Positions 35,140 through 37,403 of a DNA stretch of 37,403 nt are shown one piece after another. The number at the start of each line of letters is the position of its first letter. Positions within the stretch are counted from its first letter, which is position 1. A program made the position numbers and the translations under genes. The DNA is from a virus (lineage: Duplodnaviria > Caudoviricetes). The notes below the pieces were generated by a model, which was given only the letters and a program-made list of their open reading frames with translations, ran no database searches and was not told where the DNA came from. The stretch spans positions 1-37,403 of IMG/VR virus record IMGVR_UViG_3300025137_000108. The stretch is one strand, 5' to 3'.

Positions 35140-35316
35140 TTATTCCTCTCTATCGTATATTACTTGTTTGACTGCTGAATGCGGTATAACTGTAAATGCC
35201 CTTTCGCTACCTCTTCGGTAAATCTTGAACCCATGAGGTGTCTCTTCAATGTTTACATTGGTATATGACTTTTCAGGTGCAATATATACTATTTTACCTG
35301 CTCTTACTTCTCCCAA
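35140..35316 (-). CDS. Small beta-barrel, possibly Sm/LSm-like protein (58 aa; not in ORF track)
   Basis: TTG start after GGAAGTGA; MGEVRAGKIVYIAPEKSYTNVNIEETPHGFKIYRRGSERAFTVIPHSAVKQVIYDREE*; fills the gap exactly. Confidence 0.6.
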   Translation of the reverse strand: MGEVRAGKIVYIAPEKSYTNVNIEETPHGFKIYRRGSERAFTVIPHSAVKQVIYDREE

Positions 35317-35320
35317 AAAA

Positions 35321-35890
35321 TCACTTCCAACGAGGACCTTCGGCCCAACCGACTAAACTTGTTCTGTTACCTTTAGTAATTGGTGATACACCATGTTCAT
35401 AATAAGAACAAAAGCATATAACTGTACCTTTCTTAGCAAGGGCTACAGGGTCGGGGTTTTGCGTATGACTAAATGTTAATTGCCCACCTTCATAATCTTC
35501 GGGGTCTGATAATTGCACTACAATACTTACCTTTCGGTGCATACCATCTTGTCTATTCCAATCAATGTCATGGTGCATACCATAATGATAACCAACATCT
35601 TTGTATTCTGTAAACTGTAAAGGCGGTAAATAACTAACATCTATATTAAAATGTTCGTTTGCTTTTTCTATATACCACATCATTTGTTCTGTAAGAGGTT
35701 TATATTTTTCATCGGATAGCCACCTAATTTGTGTTTTTCTGTGTCCATCTTCTTCGCCCTCACCACTTCTAAATGTAGATGCGGCTTGAGGTTCGGCTTC
35801 TCTTGCCGCCTCAATTATTTCATTCACTATTTCTTCACTCAATGCTTCTTCCCACATTATCCATGCAGGGTGCGTCATCATTTCTGACAT
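35321..35890 (-). CDS. 2OG-Fe(II) oxygenase (PKHD/prolyl-hydroxylase-like)
   Basis: HYGMHHD (HxD), RKVSIVVQLS, YEGGQL, EHGVSPI, RTSLVGW; own TATA ~30 nt upstream. Confidence 0.9.
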   Translation of the reverse strand: MSEMMTHPAWIMWEEALSEEIVNEIIEAAREAEPQAASTFRSGEGEEDGHRKTQIRWLSDEKYKPLTEQMMWYIEKANEHFNIDVSYLPPLQFTEYKDVGYHYGMHHDIDWNRQDGMHRKVSIVVQLSDPEDYEGGQLTFSHTQNPDPVALAKKGTVICFCSYYEHGVSPITKGNRTSLVGWAEGPRWK

Positions 35891-35930
35891 ATAGTCTCAT
35901 TACCTAGTAGGGTATATAAGATGTATTATA

Positions 35931-36248
35931 CTAACAATCAACACCATCAGTAAATCCGGTCATAGTTTTTAGATTTAGATAACATTGTTTAATTATATTG
36001 TATTGAGTTTTTCCTGCACTAGCATTTAAATCAAACACATTACCAAAACCACCAATAGGAATCGCATTTGCTTCGTAAGCGGCCTGTGAAGCATATATTT
36101 TACCGTTATAATTTACTTTAAAAGTTTTACTAAAACTACCATCAACATTTACTATCGTTTCTTTTGAAGTCATACTATTTGACATAACACAAATTGCGTC
36201 ATTACAAGTTATACCATAATCAGTTACATAGTCTATTTTTAAACCCAT
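35931..36248 (-). CDS. Hypothetical protein, possibly tail-fibre associated (105 aa)
   Basis: Start reassigned to MGLKIDYVTDYGI; downstream of fibre genes. Confidence 0.6.
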   Translation of the reverse strand: MGLKIDYVTDYGITCNDAICVMSNSMTSKETIVNVDGSFSKTFKVNYNGKIYASQAAYEANAIPIGGFGNVFDLNASAGKTQYNIIKQCYLNLKTMTGFTDGVDC

Positions 36249-36285
36249 ATCCTTACCACACATCATTTGTTTTATAAAACATTCT

Positions 36286-36846
36286 CTATACAAAGTTTAG
36301 TGTTATCTCCACCTTTGCGGTATGAACTACACCGCTAAGAGTAACAGCACTTCTTACTGCAAACAATACTGAATCACCACTAGCAGGAGAGGTAATGCTT
36401 TTTCCCGCTACTTGAAAAGAAATACGAAGAACCTGTCCTATACCACTTGTAGCGTCTTGAGATGTAGAGGCTGTGCCTACAAGACTTGCAGTATTACTAT
36501 TACTCAAACTTGTAGTTCCAATTAGCATAGACCACGCAAACGTAGGAGAGCCACCACCTAGCCATCTTAGATACCCTGCGGGTAAAATATCTATCCTGTC
36601 AATTCCATAATTACTAGCCACTTGTTGAAGTGCATACGCATCTATGCCCAAGGTGGCTACAAAAGTCCCTTGTGCATTAACAGAAAACTCAGCACCACTA
36701 AGTTCGCCCGCTATACCAAAGGGTGAACCTATTAAGGAATTAGTTGCTATACAGGCATTATCATAATTACCACTAGAAGATGTTGCCATACTTAAAAGAG
36801 AGGCACTTCCTATTTGAGAACAAATACCTATTATTGTTGGATAAAT
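36286..36846 (-). CDS. Putative virion/tail-fibre-associated beta-rich protein, probable ATT start
   Basis: Frame open 19 codons upstream of ATG 36789 to an ATT 4 nt after GGGTGA; Ser/Gly/Thr-rich. Confidence 0.55.
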   Translation of the reverse strand: MYPTIIGICSQIGSASLLSMATSSSGNYDNACIATNSLIGSPFGIAGELSGAEFSVNAQGTFVATLGIDAYALQQVASNYGIDRIDILPAGYLRWLGGGSPTFAWSMLIGTTSLSNSNTASLVGTASTSQDATSGIGQVLRISFQVAGKSITSPASGDSVLFAVRSAVTLSGVVHTAKVEITLNFV

Positions 36847-36850
36847 AATA

Positions 36851-37402
36851 TCACCCTACCACTATCCATGCTGACGCAGATGTAGCAATAAATGTTTTTG
36901 CTTCATACCTTGTTGTAATTGTTTGGTTAGTAGTAGAACCGTTCATCGTATCACTACCATTAGCACTTATTGTAGTAGTCCCTGCGTGGTCGCTAATAAC
37001 AATATATTGTTCCCCCACAGCCGGACTAGCAGGTAATGTTAATGTTACGGTATTATTAACTATAATATATTTACCTGCATAAGTATCTGATAGTGTAATA
37101 CTACTTCCTAATGTAGAAATCTTACCTCTTTTAGCCTGAAACTCTTGTTCTACTGTTAGACCACCGCTAGGTATAGTTACATCTCCGCCATTGTCTGCTG
37201 TAATCCATGTTAGTAATCCCGAACCATCTGATATAGTTAATGATTGACCAACTGTTGCACTACTAACATCTGCGTTTCCAATAAGAACATTGTAACTTCC
37301 TGTCGTCAAACTACTTGCACCATTGTAGGAAGAAAGGATAATATTTTTCTGACCCGATGTGATGTTTTGACCTGCATATCTTCCGACCCCAAGATTGTAA
37401 CT
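36851..37402 (-). CDS. Tail fibre/adhesin, C-terminal part (5' end outside the window)
   Basis: Frame open to the window edge: SYNLGVGRYAGQNITSGQKNIIL...TTGSYNVLIG beta-roll-like repeats; C-terminal TLTLPASPAVGEQY...W module common in fibres. Confidence 0.75.
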   Translation of the reverse strand, partial: SYNLGVGRYAGQNITSGQKNIILSSYNGASSLTTGSYNVLIGNADVSSATVGQSLTISDGSGLLTWITADNGGDVTIPSGGLTVEQEFQAKRGKISTLGSSITLSDTYAGKYIIVNNTVTLTLPASPAVGEQYIVISDHAGTTTISANGSDTMNGSTTNQTITTRYEAKTFIATSASAWIVVG

Positions 37403-37403
37403 T

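Larger units (their letters stand above)
1..37403. mobile_element. Genome fragment of an archaeal tailed dsDNA virus (Caudoviricetes, likely Magrovirus-like, siphovirus tail)
   Basis: Two convergent gene-dense arms. One has an archaeal-type replisome (PolB, PCNA-like, RFC, MCM-like, AEP primase, ERCC4) plus GroEL/ES; the other has tape measure, tail tube and adaptor genes. Archaeal SD (GAGGTGA) and TATA boxes; no housekeeping genes. Confidence 0.9.

Noticed and set aside
18615-37403. Diversity-generating retroelement acting on tail/fibre genes
   Set aside because: No reverse transcriptase and no ~100-bp TR/VR repeat pair noticed by eye in this window.

Overview
A 37.4-kb, AT-rich, gene-dense fragment of a tailed dsDNA virus of archaea. 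It is most consistent with a Magrovirus-type virus of Marine Group II/Poseidoniales; this is inferred from gene content, TATA-type promoters and GGTGA Shine-Dalgarno sites, not from a database search. The + strand arm (1-18621) is a replication/recombination/chaperone module: winged-helix proteins, a PAC2-like protein, an N-terminally truncated MCM-like AAA+ ATPase, RFC small plus a degenerate RFC-large-like subunit, an OB-fold SSB, GroES/GroEL, a Sak4/AAA_24-like ATPase, a PCNA-like clamp, PolB, a Cas4-like nuclease, a PriS-PriL fusion primase, an ERCC4/XPF nuclease and many small Zn-finger proteins. The convergent - strand arm (18615-37403) is a siphovirus-type tail/neck module: partial tail fibre, 2OG-Fe(II) oxygenase, three small membrane proteins, head-tail adaptor, neck protein, terminator, tail tube, tail assembly chaperone, tape measure and a 2371-aa hub/fibre protein. 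Highlights: (1) a -1 frameshift site (C CCT TTA) with a candidate H-type pseudoknot in the tail chaperone; (2) a 6-7-copy TATA+WCCGWAAGA promoter motif, usually 30-31 nt before ATG; (3) a ~210-bp inverted-repeat origin candidate; (4) a proteasome-assembly-chaperone-like gene coupled to the AAA+ ATPase; (5) a structured intergenic RNA candidate before rfcS; (6) substitutions in all three PolB catalytic motifs; (7) accessory domains inserted in nearly every neck/tail protein; (8) a membrane-anchored SAP-domain cassette; (9) apparent avoidance of GATC, AGCT and CCAG/CTGG. All protein calls are from motif recognition by eye.
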